Part shown: in pieces, positions 40,038 to 53,735 of the stretch
How positions within the stretch are numbered: the first letter of the stretch is position 1
Layout of the letters: each line of letters opens with the position of its first letter
Assembly: GCA_910592345.1 (NCBI GenBank)
Contig: CAJVPI010000002.1
Location: 62,001 to 126,000, forward strand
From: Paraglomus brasilianum
Lineage: Eukaryota
Direction of reading: 5' to 3'
Length of the DNA: 64,000 nt
The notes under the pieces: model-generated
Told to the model about the DNA's origin: nothing
The model's input: only the letters and a program-made list of their open reading frames with translations
Databases searched by the model: none
Translations under genes and position numbers: made by a program

Positions 40038-40487
40038 ATGGAAAAATATTATTATAGTACTCCATTAAACTCCTACGACTTATCACAAACATACATACAC
40101 TCTTATGTTCCAGGAGATCCCCCTACGATACTCAACACGACAACGATGACAACGACGACAACAGCAGCAGCAGCAGCAACAACAACAACCACGACAACAA
40201 CCACAACCACGACAACAACCACGACGATGACAGCAGCAGCAGCAACATCAGCAGCAACATCAGCAGCAGAAGCAACGGGGGCGACGGCGACAGCAACAAC
40301 AACAGCAGCAGCAGTGGCAGCAAAAACCATAAATGGTGGAGGAGGTGGAGAAAGAAGAAAAGAAGACAAAGACAACGATGACGATGACGACAACAACGTC
40401 TATTACACGGTCGCCGACGATATTCTGGAGGCGTTTCAAAACGATCCAGATAATTTCAATTTCGATGTTTTTTACGACGTGTATTGA
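40038..40487 (+). CDS. Low-complexity ORF (poly-Thr/Ala trinucleotide repeat with an acidic/aromatic C-terminus); probably a terminal exon
   Basis: Open frame across an ACA/ACG/GCA repeat (about 40135-40322) ending VADDILEAFQNDPDNFNFDVFYDVY-stop. Confidence 0.4.
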   Translation: MEKYYYSTPLNSYDLSQTYIHSYVPGDPPTILNTTTMTTTTTAAAAATTTTTTTTTTTTTTTTMTAAAATSAATSAAEATGATATATTTAAAVAAKTINGGGGGERRKEDKDNDDDDDNNVYYTVADDILEAFQNDPDNFNFDVFYDVY

Positions 40488-40581
40488 TCAATGCACACAA
40501 GACCTTATATATAGCCACTGTCGATCACCTCTCCCACTCCCACTCTCCATATACTCTACACCAAACGCCCATTTTATAATA

Positions 40582-41269
40582 CAGTGAACGTTGATATATG
40601 CGGGGTTGGATATCATAGGGGGGTGTTAGGGTTTTAAATAATGACGTCATATGTAATGATATTACATACGATACTTATGTCTCGAATTAAATCTTACATT
40701 TATAATAAAGATCTCTTTATTTCTTTCTCCATATAAACTATACCAATTTGTTCACCTCTTATGAATTGTGGTTCTCTCTCTCTTTGATGAAAAAAATCTG
40801 TTAACTTTTTTTGTTGCCTCGCCTCGTATATATTCGAGTGAATGCGTTGCAACAGACTTTGCAAATTTTGGCATGTCTTGCTCTTCTACGAATTTGGCTG
40901 TTCTACATACTGCAGAAGTGATTTGCGTTGTTCCAATGCCGTAGAATGAGAATTTTTTTCGATTTCAATGTCGCTGCCTTCATTACAACTATCAGAATTA
41001 GACGTATGGAGTATGTTTATACTTTAGTACTAGTACACAAATCGTATTATAAAGAGACATTACGTAGCAATACGTGATATTGTAGATCAGAATTTTAAAT
41101 ATTAAAATACTAATTTATATTGATGTTGATATCAGCGAGGTACATTTAAAATCTGATATATGTTGTTAGGGATATCAACGGGGTATAATGTCAAATTGAT
41201 ATATGCAGGAGAATTTAAATATAGGGACACCCGTTCTTTAACGGGGTGGATATTAGAGAGGGTTCACTG
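40582..41269 (-). mobile_element. Internally deleted pogo/Tc5-type DNA transposon
   Basis: TA|cagtgaac ... gttcactg|TA termini and repeated gatat..cggg subterminal motifs. The minus strand encodes a pogo-like C-terminus, EIEKISHSTALEQ...QQKKLTDFF. Confidence 0.65.
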
Positions 41270-42389
41270 TAATGTCCTGATTCTTACCTTTTTATCACGT
41301 GCTGCAGGCCGTTATTTATTCCGAGAGGTGGGAGGTGGGAGGTGGGAACGAGTGAAACGGACATATTATTTATTTTGTTTTATTTTCTTGCTGAATAATG
41401 AGCAAGTAGGGGTTTTTTTAGTGTCGATAAATATTTTTCTTATCATCAACTAGTAGCAAAACTTGCACAAGTCACGGTACTCTGCGTCAGACTCATAAAT
41501 TCAAATATGCCCCTTTTCTCTTAATTCTCGGCTCGCTAAAAAGTCAGTTGTGCTATCACTACGATCACATGTATATTGTTGATTTTATTGTTATCTAGTA
41601 AACTCACGTATACGCATAATAAATGTTAATAGTATAATCATTCTATCAATAGAATTATTACTAACTATGATGTACTTTGGTGACCTACCTGCTGAGCAAG
41701 ACAATTCAATGAGCCCTTTCCCATTAACAATAGACTAGTCGTGCAATTTAATGTTAATTCGTTACTATTAGTTTATTTACACATCTATCCGATATGGATA
41801 ATGACAAGGAAGCTATCCGTTATAGCATTGACTTGTACTACGTAAATTCTGTAAATTCTAATCTTTTTAATTCATCTATACAAGATAATGCTAGAACCGT
41901 CAATACACAAATTTAAAATAACTCACAAATAGCAGCTTAACTTTGCAATGATTGCAGGCTTGTGAAAACATCGTTTATTTAACGTTGATATCAGGTATAT
42001 TGCGAGATTTGTCAATAGCCCCTGTTAACACTTACATCTTTCGCGTTCTAGTATTGAAAATATGTGCTAACGTTTTTAAAATTAATAACATGTAAACACG
42101 TTGTAACTATTGTCCTAGTACACAACATATTTGCTCAAATCTTTATAAAATCTACATGTTCCCTCCCATCTTGGAAATTTTTATCTAGAGAATGCCAGTA
42201 ACGATTCCGGCAAATGCGTTTATCATATTCCGATAGAACGTTGCCAGAGCAGGCCTCTATATGGGAGAGCTTCTAAGCTTGTTTCCTTTTATCTCGTTGT
42301 CCATCTTCTAAAATTGCCTCTCTATATTAATATGCTACACACCACACACATATGGTATAATGTAAAATCACTCATTAAGCAATAATTCA

Positions 42390-42990
42390 TAATATATGAT
42401 ATGCGATTATAGATGGAGCTTCCACTTATCGGCAAGTTTATTTCCCTCGTTCATGAACGCAAAATCTGGCTCTCAACAATACCGGCATATAGCGAGCGGT
42501 CACAGAATTTGACCAACAACTCGGCCGAATAACGATCAAACTCGTCTATCAAAGGCAAGAGATCGATCAGCATAATTGCCGGAGATATAAGCATGCATCG
42601 TTAACTAGCAAAAAAAAAATTACCTTGCCACCTCCAGTCTCTCCACACACCACAACCACAACCAAGATGCTCGCACGTGTTCACAGTAATATTTTTTACA
42701 AGCTGATAAAGCAGAGGAAATTTGGCATCTCTCTATGATATGCGGCAATATATTCCGTGCGCGTTCTTGCAGCAATTAAGTTGTCGTCTCATGACAGTTC
42801 TGTTTCTGGGTGTGCGCGATCTATAAGCGGACATCCGACATTGTCTGGTATCTTAGCCCTATCACGGTAAAGCGCGCAAATAGAATCCGGTTGTGATAAG
42901 ATAAACACGCAGCAAATGATTTGAGTTGCTATAAGTGGCTGCGTATGTGGCGGTCGATGCAGCTTTGTTATCGTTTCACGTCATCATCGG
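42390..42990 (-). pseudogene. RNF213/mysterin-like AAA+ ATPase gene fragment
   Basis: SNHLL...QPDSICALYRDRAKIPDNV...ILL*TRASI.VVVCGETGGGK|intron|TSLI...LYAGIVESQIL.FMNEG matches the RNF213-type Walker A region (R...IPVV.xGExGCGKTSL...NLHAG). The gene may extend further on both sides. Confidence 0.65.
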
Positions 42991-44489
42991 TAGTTTTTTT
43001 TTTTTTTTTTGTGTGTGTATAGTCCAAATAGCGACAATTTCATGAATTTGTTTGAGACAATAAGATTGTTAATGTTCCATGTAAGGGCTTTGTGGTAAAT
43101 ATAATTATTTTGTTAGATACCATTCCGAATGTAAAATTTTCAAAAATAAACATGATGACTTCTGCAGAAGACAATATTCAAGTTGTAAATTCTCTAAATA
43201 TTTGAGTTTGCATTCATGTAACTGACGCACGAGTCGATCGTAATACATACCATCACTTATCAGCGCGCTTGTTGGAGTTGATTACAAGTTTGTTTGACAT
43301 ACCCTGACTGGATAGATCTGAAGATACACATAACACAGCTTTTTTTCATGGAAGCTGCCTTAAGGCCAACGGTACTACATACGTGGTCAAGAATGTGATG
43401 ATAGATACCCTGCTCTTTGCGATTCTTTGTTTGTTCAAGCATCATTCTCGTGTTCTTAACGAGATTGCGTTGTAGCTCAAATTCCAGATCTCCGTTTGCC
43501 GTCACAGAAGCCATCTTTTGATAAATAACATAAGTTCTTCAGCAGTTGTCGTTGTTTTCCGTATAAATACAACCGAGGATTTACGAAATGTAGCAGTGTC
43601 TCTCAAATTGGTCTAAAATCGTTATTTGCTGAGCGAAAATCCAAATGTGCCCTCCGCGCGCGTCCTTTACAATTTCCTCCCTATCGAAAGATAGAAAATG
43701 CTTAAACAAATACCCAATCAACAATGCGATAACATTTTGTGCAACTATAATTCCCCGGTATTGATTCTGACACATGACTTGTGGTGGACGGCCTCTACAT
43801 GTAAAGGAGCTGCTTCTAAATCAAATGTCTACCGGACTAAGAACAATCTTTTCTCCACCTCCCCATAATACCTCTTCGACACACCATAACACACGGACTG
43901 CGGAGGTTTCACTCATACCGAGCCGAGAATGCCAAAATATTCACAGAATGAAGAAGTTATTTCAATAGCTACTCAATAAAGATGTAGAATAAAAGAATAG
44001 CTTGCCAAAAAGACAGACGGACGAGTTGACGGCGCGGAGATTGCTCATTTGAATTTCATTCAGGTGAGTAAAACGGTGGTGGTGGTTATGCGTGGTGGTA
44101 ATTTGTGTCAAGGCCCAACGGTTGGCTAGTATTCTGTCGACTAACGTACGTACGTATATCTGTAGAAGTTACTTGAAGAATAAGAGTGATCAATGTTTGT
44201 CGTCTCCAGAAAAACAGCAATGCAATGGAAGACTTTGAACATCTGGTCTATGATGTAATGTGATTTAAGCTTAGCTTATCTGGATGAATGGGATAGTATT
44301 GGTATTGATACTATAGTCAAGGGCAATTCCTATAAAGGCAATTCTCTACACTGTTTGGATATACATTTTCAAACTATGTTAGTAGAAAACAGCTTCAACT
44401 TATATTGTTCTACTGAATGATTAGAAGAATAAAAGCGGATGTTTATTTATATGTGTCAGTACAAATAAGTTGACATTCTAAACTTTAGA

Positions 44490-45477
44490 AATTATACTGG
44501 TTGGTCGTTGGGTTCCCACCACTCCGTCTTCATTAGATGTAATACGTGCCATCACAGGCCAACACTATGGTGGCCATGCCGTTGCGCTGCTTCGGAGGTT
44601 CAGGAAGATTCTATGATTATTATAACGTATGAAAATGGGGAAGCACATTGTCTAAATCATACTTACACTTTTTGAACTTGCAAATAAAATCCCCCTTACA
44701 TCCGCGTTGTTTGAGGATGCTTGCTCCTCTTTGCGGCTCGTCTGAGGTTAACAAAGATTCGTTCGCGATTATTATAATGTCCACAGAGTTGAAAAGAAAA
44801 GCATATGAGAAAGTGTGTAATATATTTACCAATTCATGGAGGACACTTGACGGTATTCTCCAGAGCCTCTTCCACTGCGTGACGCTATTGTTTTTGTCTA
44901 ACGCTGTGTCGAGGCCCCGCAGCAGCAGGCCTGTGATCAAAAATTATTCGTTCACAATTCATCCTTCTGAAAAGAAAAAAAATACAAGTATGTGAATATA
45001 TTTACCAATCTTTCGTGGCCATTTATTTATATCGGCCGTTCTGAGCGTTTCGCGTCTGACGATGGATAACAGGTTATTTAACAAAAGTATGTAGGCAGTC
45101 TTGTCTAATTATAGCTTACATTGATTTATCTGTTGCCATTAGACCAAAATTTGTGATTTTGGCAATGCCAGCTAGGAAAGCACTATTAAAATCGAAATGA
45201 AAGGAATTAGTAAACTGACATTGAACATTCTGTCAGGTAAACAGCGAATAAAAATGATGGAAATTAAGGAGGTTCATCATTAATATGAAACCTGTCAGGA
45301 AACGTATAACTATCAAGACTTTTCCACGTTGATTACCACTAGCGTTACACATATCCCGCATAACAGAGAGAACGAAAAAAGGCTTACCGATAAAATAAAA
45401 GTAACCGATATAAAGGCATATTAAAAGAGTAGCCCGTATCAATGTAGCCGGGACGAGGAATTGTGAAAATATTCATT
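44490..45477 (-). pseudogene. Micro-exon-rich small gene (copy 2)
   Basis: Paralogue of 27850-29050 with shared splice sites. It has in-frame stops and lacks some exons. Confidence 0.5.
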
Positions 45478-48389
45478 TTAAGAGGATAAGTGGGGTTATG
45501 CTAGCATAGATTGTTGTAAACATGCTGGCTGTGAACCCTTCAAATGTGCGAATAAATATTGCGTCACTCATTCGAACTCGTCGTACAGCTCATAATATTT
45601 TTATTCCAATGAAGGGATAATAAGGGATAATGTACGACGTGTCGGGAGGTTATCTCATTCGACCAATGATTTTTATTTAAACCTAGTTTGTCGACTGTAA
45701 AGTCACGTTATCGTTATGGTTTGGATTATTATGGGTTTATACTGCGCATGGTCTCTACAACGAACAAAGGACCGCACCTGCAAGCATACCGAACAGAGTG
45801 TATGGCTGAGCAAAGGTTTATCAACAGCAATATTGTGGCTATTATAATTGTTACCGTTTAGATTAAAATAATAGAATTAAATGCTCATTCATACACTGTA
45901 CATTATTCTTTACGGAATATCGGATTAAATTGGATAGTAATAGACAAAGACTTTTTGATCTTCGTGTAGATTAACTCTTTTCGGATTCAGTATAATCACA
46001 TCTACTCATCGATACAACGCCTTCTGTCTAGTTTTACATCAGAACAAGACTACAGTTTATTCTAAATGGGATACTTTTACATAAGTTGTGATACCTCTGC
46101 TTTTACATACTCCAATCAGTATACAGTTGCCTGTTAATAGATGCATCACATCAATTCCCATTGAAACGCAGACTTTTTAGTTTATCAGCTCACGCATATG
46201 ACTAAGCATATTTACTGCTTGGCGTACATATCTTTAAATGTTGTTATTATTTGTGGTTATAACATGTTGTCTAAACTCGTAAGGCAAAAGAATATAATAC
46301 ACGCATTCATATATTCTGTTTGACATGAACAGCCATTTAACCCCTCTGAGAGCTCATTTATCAGGCCAGACAAAGTAAGTGACAGCTTATCGTTATCCTG
46401 ATTGTTACTAACCTGAATTTTGGAGTCTTCTTTCCATCTTTTAACAATTACGGTAGCACAATGCAGTAGCACAGCAGAAGAACATGACAGGGTGCGATCA
46501 TCAATTTGATTATATTTGTATTATACAGTTTATAATATACTATATATTTATGTCTTATTGTACATTAGTATAACTTGTATGCATCGATTGTTAATATTAA
46601 TGGGCCAAACCCCATACTTAGGTCTAGAACCCCCTCCCCTCCCAAACCACATTTGAGACAATTTATTTATATGTAGTCTTAACACACATCGTTAATAAAG
46701 GACCAAATGCTAATAGTGACCTATTTAACTTTACGTCTTTTAATTTCGGAGTCGAGTTTTCATTTTCCGTTTCCATGTACACACGATAAGCAACAACTGA
46801 TACTCACTCTTTGCTGTTCTGCAGGTTGTTCTTTTTGTGATTGTGGGACGCACACCAGAAACGGATAGATGCATGTATGCATTCTCAGAACACAGAAACT
46901 TGATATATTAAGATTAGATTTCTTGAGCATTGTTAACATGTTATTGGTACAGATGACAGTGCCCAAGATGCAACAAATAATGCATTCAATCACATAGATT
47001 ATATACTTTATATTTAGCATTGGCAAAACTTGCTTAGCCATTGATCACGCTTGTTGTTATCATATTCTCGATCACATTCTCATACCTTTGATTCACTGTC
47101 GTGCAAAATCAAAATACTTATGCACATATACAAACGACTGATGGTCGAAATGTTAGTTTACTATCAATAAATCAATGAACGATATGAAACATAATAATAA
47201 AATTTTTTGGCGTTGGCTTTTTCATATAGCAAAGAAACGTATATATTAAATGGTCCATATATTTTGTTATCTTTGTGAGCTTCAAAAGTAAATCCTTATT
47301 GTGCATAAACAGATTCGAGCTTCTTTGTCTTTTCGCTATTGTTTATTGGTGATAACAAAGATACAATGTAATAGATATTAATATTGGATTGATTCTTAGT
47401 GATTATCAAAATAAAGTCACCAGACAATGTAATATTGGTATCTTACAAATAATAGATTAGATATGTATTCGCGTATGCTTGTTTGTACCCAGTCCAAATT
47501 GATTACTTCACGTAGGTGTTTCTCTAAACCTTATAAACAGAAAATTATTTTTCCTCCGTTATTGTTAACTGATTGTTGATAGGCAAGATGCTCAGAATGT
47601 TCTACTATTGTTGTAATTGCGTTCTATGTTTGGGTTATAGAAAGTTGAAACTACAATAAAATTTCGATGAATAAAATAGATTAGATATCTGTATGTATGG
47701 AATATTCTAAATAGACAAGATATTCTATTGTGCTAATATATTATTCAGGTTAAACAAACGTACATGATGAAGCATCATAGATGGCGTTTGTGAATGATTC
47801 AATCTCATGTAAATTACATGTATTGTGTGTACGATGTTCAACCGTTTGTCTGTTACACGATTTATCGTTGAGCCAATTACCGTTAATGAAGTCTTTGCAC
47901 ATAAATAAACACAGGCCTACGGCGTCTACCCACATCTTTAACAAGATTAAACATGACAATTTTAAAGCATTTAAATCCGTACCAAAGAAAACCAAACAAC
48001 ACGAACACTAACACAAACACAAACACAAAAACCCTATGTCAAACTCCACACACTCAAAACTGCGCTTTTCACAAACCAACCGTAACGAACCTACACCGAC
48101 AATTAATACCGTATTGGATAAATGGCTGGCAACCCTCGCACGAGCAACGTCAGCGAATACCCAATTTGTGGTTGTACCTTAAGGTATCATTTATGAGAGT
48201 GAGTTTGCCAAAAAATACTCACTGCCAACGGACAGGTAAGCAATTTTTGATAGTATTGATTAAATAGGCATTTAAGCTGACTCTGTATTTATTTTTATTC
48301 ATTGGTTCAGAATTCAGACGCGTCGAGACGAGAATCAAAGGGGTGGAGAAGAGGGTCGAGGCGAGAGCAGTAAACGAGCATTCCTCGGA

Positions 48390-48459
48390 TACTCCTATCT
48401 GTGCATGGAGTGACAGATCCTCATTCTCACTCCTATCTGTGTATGGAGTGACAGATCCA
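48390..48459. repeat. 30-bp direct repeat, two copies
   Basis: actcctatctgtg(c/t)atggagtgacagatcc occurs twice, about 39 bp apart. Confidence 0.8.
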
Positions 48460-49179
48460 TGGCCCATGGCCAATGGCTCAAAACCCGCAATCGGTCGATT
48501 GTTGGGTTTAATATTACGGAACTCAACGGCATCTATTATATGGTTGTTAAGCGAGAGTTCCAGGCTGATAAATTTTACTTCCAACGAATTTGTGGTGGGT
48601 TTTTTGAATAGTAAAGATATCCTGGATGTAAAAATAATTTTTGCATCTTTTAAACAATATTAACGGCGTCTTGTAAACAAATCTAAAATGTTTACAGGGT
48701 TGTTCTTGTTAATCATTATTACATTTACCAATAACGATTATTTACTGTTCAAGACAAGCTTTATTATACAGCTCGAAACGACTATTTCACAATGGCTTAG
48801 ATTATTATATATGAGCACACACAGAACGGATTTATTAGAACAGAAAGTAGTACTGGTATAATAGTTATAACAACACTTATTTTCAGATGTCAAACCCCTC
48901 AATAAATGAAAGCAAATAAACTACTTGTCGAGAAATTGAATCAAGTCACTTTATTAAAAACTACTGCTTATAAAAGTATTATTTCCATTGCTCTAATTGT
49001 TTACAGATTTTTTAATCAAAACAAACAAATGATTACTATTAATTGGACAACTGGTACGTATCTTGTTAACACATACAAATGACGTCTGATTAATTGTTCG
49101 CATAAGCGCCTAATTTATATTTTGATGATATCTAGGTGAATGTTATCAGACATGCTTCTCTCAAACAATACTATCTAAC

Positions 49180-50045
49180 TTCACGGCTTTCAACTTTGAA
49201 TATCTTCTTTTTTTCTACTAAATATATTTAGTAACAGTCGTAATTGTATCTCCTTGAAACCAATACTCTCTGCAATTAAATTTGTCCTTTATCAAAGGTA
49301 ATAAATAATGTTTTTCAAGTATTTTTATGTAGTCAAATCTATTACTATACTATTACTATTCATTTTACTTTTACTAATGGCCCCCAATTCTTTATCAGAA
49401 AAGCATTTGATAAAATCTTGATCATTGTCTTGTCTTTGAAAGTGGCTCCAAACACCAAAACTGATGACAGAAAGTAAGTTGATCACAACATAAACAAGAC
49501 TGAGATAATGTCACTATTACTATTAAAATAAATCAAATAAGTGACACACCTACATAATCCTCCACCTCCAACCATATTTTCAATATTAAATCTGGTACCA
49601 AGAGTTCTTCAAATATGGTAATGGCCTGGACCATCATTTTTAAAATATTGTAAATCTGCTCTCATCACTCCATATGACAGATTGCCACTCCAATCCTCCT
49701 TTCAGTGCACCATTTCAGGCTTTGTTCTCTTTGCTGATCACTTAATATTAAGAGAGGTTTGTGAGTGGTATATGAGCATTTTGTTCAATATTAGTTTTTC
49801 CAGCAAAAAAATTAATTTGTTATTATTATTGTTATTTTTAATAAGTCTTTAAAATTTTTTGACTTTTGTTAGTCATAGCTGCCCAGATTGGGGACAAGTA
49901 ACAAGATCATCTCTGTTAAATTACTTTTCAATAGTACAAGAGACAGTTGTTCTATAAACTTTGAGCATTTTACTAATTTTTGGTACTGATTGCTTATTTT
50001 TGTAAAGGCCAATAATTTCACCTCTTATACTTAATATGTCATGCC
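49180..50045 (-). mobile_element. Highly decayed Tc1/IS630-family transposase
   Basis: HTH LSIRGEIIGLYKNKQSVPKISKMLKVYRTTV, then W..VIWSDES, GGG and YIKILE..LLPLI fragments further along the minus strand. Confidence 0.6.
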
Positions 50046-50544
50046 ATCCAGCCTGGTGAATCTGCAGGATTGGATGTTGTGCAGTATTAATGTCAGTCAG
50101 TTGCACAATCTCTGGCAAGAATGTTAAAAAGGAAAAGATAATGGAACAAGCTCTAATACTAAATATAAAGGCCAATTTGAAGTACCAGTATAGAAAACAG
50201 TCTAGTGCATGTCTTTAACATGATTGATGGATAACAACAATTCTAATGTATTTAATATTATTAAGGGATACATTTTAAGATCAATAGGGTTAGAAGTGCT
50301 TGCAAATTTATTTATATATTCTGATGTGTGTTTACAAATAATTATACATGCGTTTTTTCAAATCAAAACAACATTATACATAAAGTTTGTAGTGTATATT
50401 GAAGTTGCACAGTATATTTTTAAAATTACAATAATACTAATTAATATATAAAAAGATAAGATTGATCAAATCCTCATTCATCTAGTCATTTTTTGTTTTT
50501 ATAAACAAAAAAAGATTTAGATTAGACTATAATAGTCTCAGGAA

Positions 50545-50846
50545 TGACGTGCATTTTGCTTTTTTCGACACTCGAGTGACGTGCATTTTGCTTTTTACAA
50601 CACCGAGATAAGATGTTTATAGTCTACGTATCAGGCGCTATATAGGTTGCATTTGTATCGTCACTTGAGAATCGCCGAGACATGTGCCAGTATGACGTGC
50701 GTTTTGCTTTTTTCGACACACTCGAGTGACGTGTATTTTGCTTTTTACAACACCGAGATGAGATGTTTATAGTCCGCTCATCAGGTGACGTGCGTTTTGC
50801 ATTTTAGGACACGCTCGAGTGACGTGCATTTTGCTTTTTACAACAC
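50545..50846. repeat. Array of six tgacgtg(c/t)(a/g)ttttgc units arranged as three dimers
   Basis: The dimer tgacgtgc.ttttgc...acac(a/g)ctcgagtgacgtg.attttgcttttt(a)caacac occurs three times. Confidence 0.8.
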
Positions 50847-50976
50847 GCACCAAGGTGGCACATTCTATATATCTGGCCGCATATGACATATTGTATACCA
50901 GTTTGGCAATCATGATCGATTTCCATCGCTGGGTCACATGGACAAAAAAATATATCTGACGATGCATCCAATTATA

Positions 50977-51097
50977 TAGTAACTTAGTGGTGCCGAAAAT
51001 TATCGGCAGTCCCATGACTGTAAGCCACACAAGCCATCAATGTTATTGGGCAAGTTTAATTACACAAGAAAAAGGGCAGTCCCATGACCATCGAACA
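50977..51097 (+). repeat. MULE left TIR
   Basis: tagtaacttagtggtgccgaaaattatcggcagtcccatgac...catcgaaca; contains ggcagtcccatgac twice. Confidence 0.92.
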
Positions 51098-51210
51098 TGA
51101 TTTTTTGGTAAAGTCCATCGATCTTTATTGTCGTAATATAATAATAATAATAATACACTAAATATAATAATAAATATCATTAAATTTCTAGTGTGGTATG
51201 TATAAAAGAA

Positions 51211-53735
51211 TTATCTTAACCAGAAGGCTAGCTTCCGATTTCTGGGGGGTTGCCAAGTTGACTGTTGTGTTCTAGCGTTTAAGGCTTCATTACATGCTAG
51301 AGTTTCATCAATCAAATTTTGCCTAAGCCTTATATATTCGTCAAAGAGATTATCATTCTCAATATTTTGCTCAAGAATAGAATTTAACAATTCGAAAATC
51401 TTTTTGTCAGTTGCTAACACGGCTTTTCTACTTTCTATGGTACCAAATCTAGCTTGAATACTCGATCCACTCGATTCACTCTCCGGTATAGTTTCTGGTT
51501 CATTTGAAGAACTTTGTTGTATGTGATTCCATGGAGTATTAATTGAATGAATTCTCAGAGGATTGTCTTCTCCAAAGTGGATAAATGGGTAATCGTGCCG
51601 ACGGATGGTGGTTTTATATGGAGGAATATCTGGATTGCTAGCAGCGTATGTTTGTACCAGGTGTTTACACACCAAATATGGGTTATTTATAAAAGCAGGA
51701 CAAGAACAAATCCATTTATCAATATCCACATGATAGCTTTCTAGGCGTTCGATATCCTTTTAAAGGCATTTTCTCCAATCGGTTTTGAAGGCTTTCCACC
51801 AAGATGGATATGCTCGATTGTTTTTGTATAATTGCCAAGTGTTCAACATGTCTGGGATCAGGCGGCCTGTTATAATATGATTTAAATGATCAAGACGAGG
51901 TCTGTTATAATTATATTTGTAATTGTGTTTAAGAACCCGCCAATGGGATTCAATGATCATTGTTGTTCTTGCTATAGGCATGGCTCTTTGATAGGATGAT
52001 CAAGCAAAAAGCTTCCAATTTTTCTTATTATACCAGTTCATCCACAAATATGCCCATAAGTGAACAAGATTTCTCTGTCGACAATATTGATAGATCTCAG
52101 ACGTGCTTTTGTGGTATATTTCGTCGGATGTAAGAAATACGTTTATATCTACTGGTATTAGCGGATGAAGAATCGAATGTTTTTTTACCAAGTCCTTAAC
52201 TGCCTTTGCATCTGCCTCAGAACATAGGGGACTCCGTCTTCCTGTAGGAATCCAGTTCGGATCAATAAAGGTGAATCGTTCATTTGCCTCCCTTGCATGC
52301 TGAATTGAGTATTGTGATGACTTGTGATTTTTTTCGTTTATTTTGCGATCAATAGCACGTTCAAGATGCCAGAGACATAGTTGAATGTTTGTTGTCCAAG
52401 ACCAAGCCTCCTGTACTGCCGCGATTTGTCCCATGTCCTTGTCAAGAAGAATGAACGAAGGTAAAATTTGTTCTGCTCTAATTGATTGGAAAAAGACTGT
52501 AAGAGCCATAACGCGATTATTAATGTTATTAATAGGATTTTGTAAAAGGTCTTCAGATGCAGTGAACGTATCGAGATACAAATAAGCAAGTGGCATTCCG
52601 AATCCTCCACAATTAATTATTAAGGCAAACAACTCAAACTTTTCTTGATTTGTTTTGAATGTCGAATCAAGAATAAGTTCATTAATATTGTCTTTTGAAA
52701 TGTTGTTCATGAAAGGCGTAGTGAAACCAAGTGCTCGGACAAAATCATTTTCGATATGAAGGATTAGTTTATAACCCGCATCAATCAGTTCAGGTCGCTG
52801 CATGTAATCTTTTGTTGAAATAACTTGATTTTTTATATTCGTTATATATTGTCCAGCAGAAAGTTTGAGTGCCCAATAGTACACTTGGTGATAAGTGTGT
52901 TTTGTTGGATCTATCAACTTCTCCTCAGAAAGCCTTTTATGAAATTCTACCTTGCGAAGATTATGGTTTAGATTTGCTTTGATCCAGTTTATTGCTACTT
53001 GAGGCAGTCTAGTTTCACGGTAAGTTGGCTGCTGATGATATAAGTGATCGAACGTCAGTTTGACTTGTCTCAAAGGAATATTGATGTTTATTTTGATCTT
53101 TCCATTACAAGCAAATCGTTCAACAGCCGGTCGTACTTCACTGATTCGTTGTACGGGTTGATCAGAAGGGCGCTTATGTTGTCGTTCGATTCTTTGAGAA
53201 CAGGATAGGTAAGCACTGGCACATCCGTAAGGTTGGTCGGCCTTTGTGCTTATATAAAGTTTGTTCAGTTCCCAATAGTATTTTGATCCAGCTTCAATCA
53301 AAATTACTAAAGTGTTTACAATACAATGGAAAGTGTTTTGACTGATATTATTTTGATCTATTTCATGTAGTGACATCTCAACAAGTTCATCACTTAATTC
53401 AACTGTGACCGAAAATTGAACATGGCTATGCTCTTCTCCTTCTTCCTCTTGAAAATGCACAGCAACAAGTTCTTCGAGATCACCTAATTCATAGATAAGT
53501 TCTTCATTTTCTCTGTCACTTTCTATCAACTGATTCGAGTCATCGTCACTTGCCGGCGGTTTATAACTTGTTGTATTTTCAATAGTAGGGGCCTTTATTC
53601 GTTGCAACTTGTTTTTTCTGTGCAGAGCAACGATTGCATACTGCCCATGGGCCAGTTTTTGCCGCGAATTCTCATAAAATCATCGATCGACCTCGTTACT
53701 CTACAACGCGTGCACATTTTTGTTTCAGGAAAATC
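51211..53735 (-). pseudogene. MULE transposase with SWIM zinc finger, inactivated
   Basis: ORFs 52000-53607, 51760-51981 and 51211-51729 share one frame, separated by TGA (52000-52002) and TAA (51760-51762). Motifs: LILDSTFKTN, LLDKD, QLCLWH, TTMIIESHW and SWIM CSC..CKH. The N-terminal CTRC..CNRC finger is shifted by two single-A insertions. Confidence 0.9.

Noticed and set aside
40103..40396. Poly-Val and poly-Leu ORFs on the minus strand
   Set aside because: These are shadow frames of the trinucleotide repeat.
50545..50846. CRISPR-like array
   Set aside because: The repeats are degenerate, the spacers are themselves repeated and irregular, there are no cas genes, and the context is eukaryotic.
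51760..52002. Stop-codon readthrough or an alternative genetic code in the transposase
   Set aside because: The two stops are different codons (TGA and TAA), each one C>T from a sense codon, so mutation is the simpler explanation.
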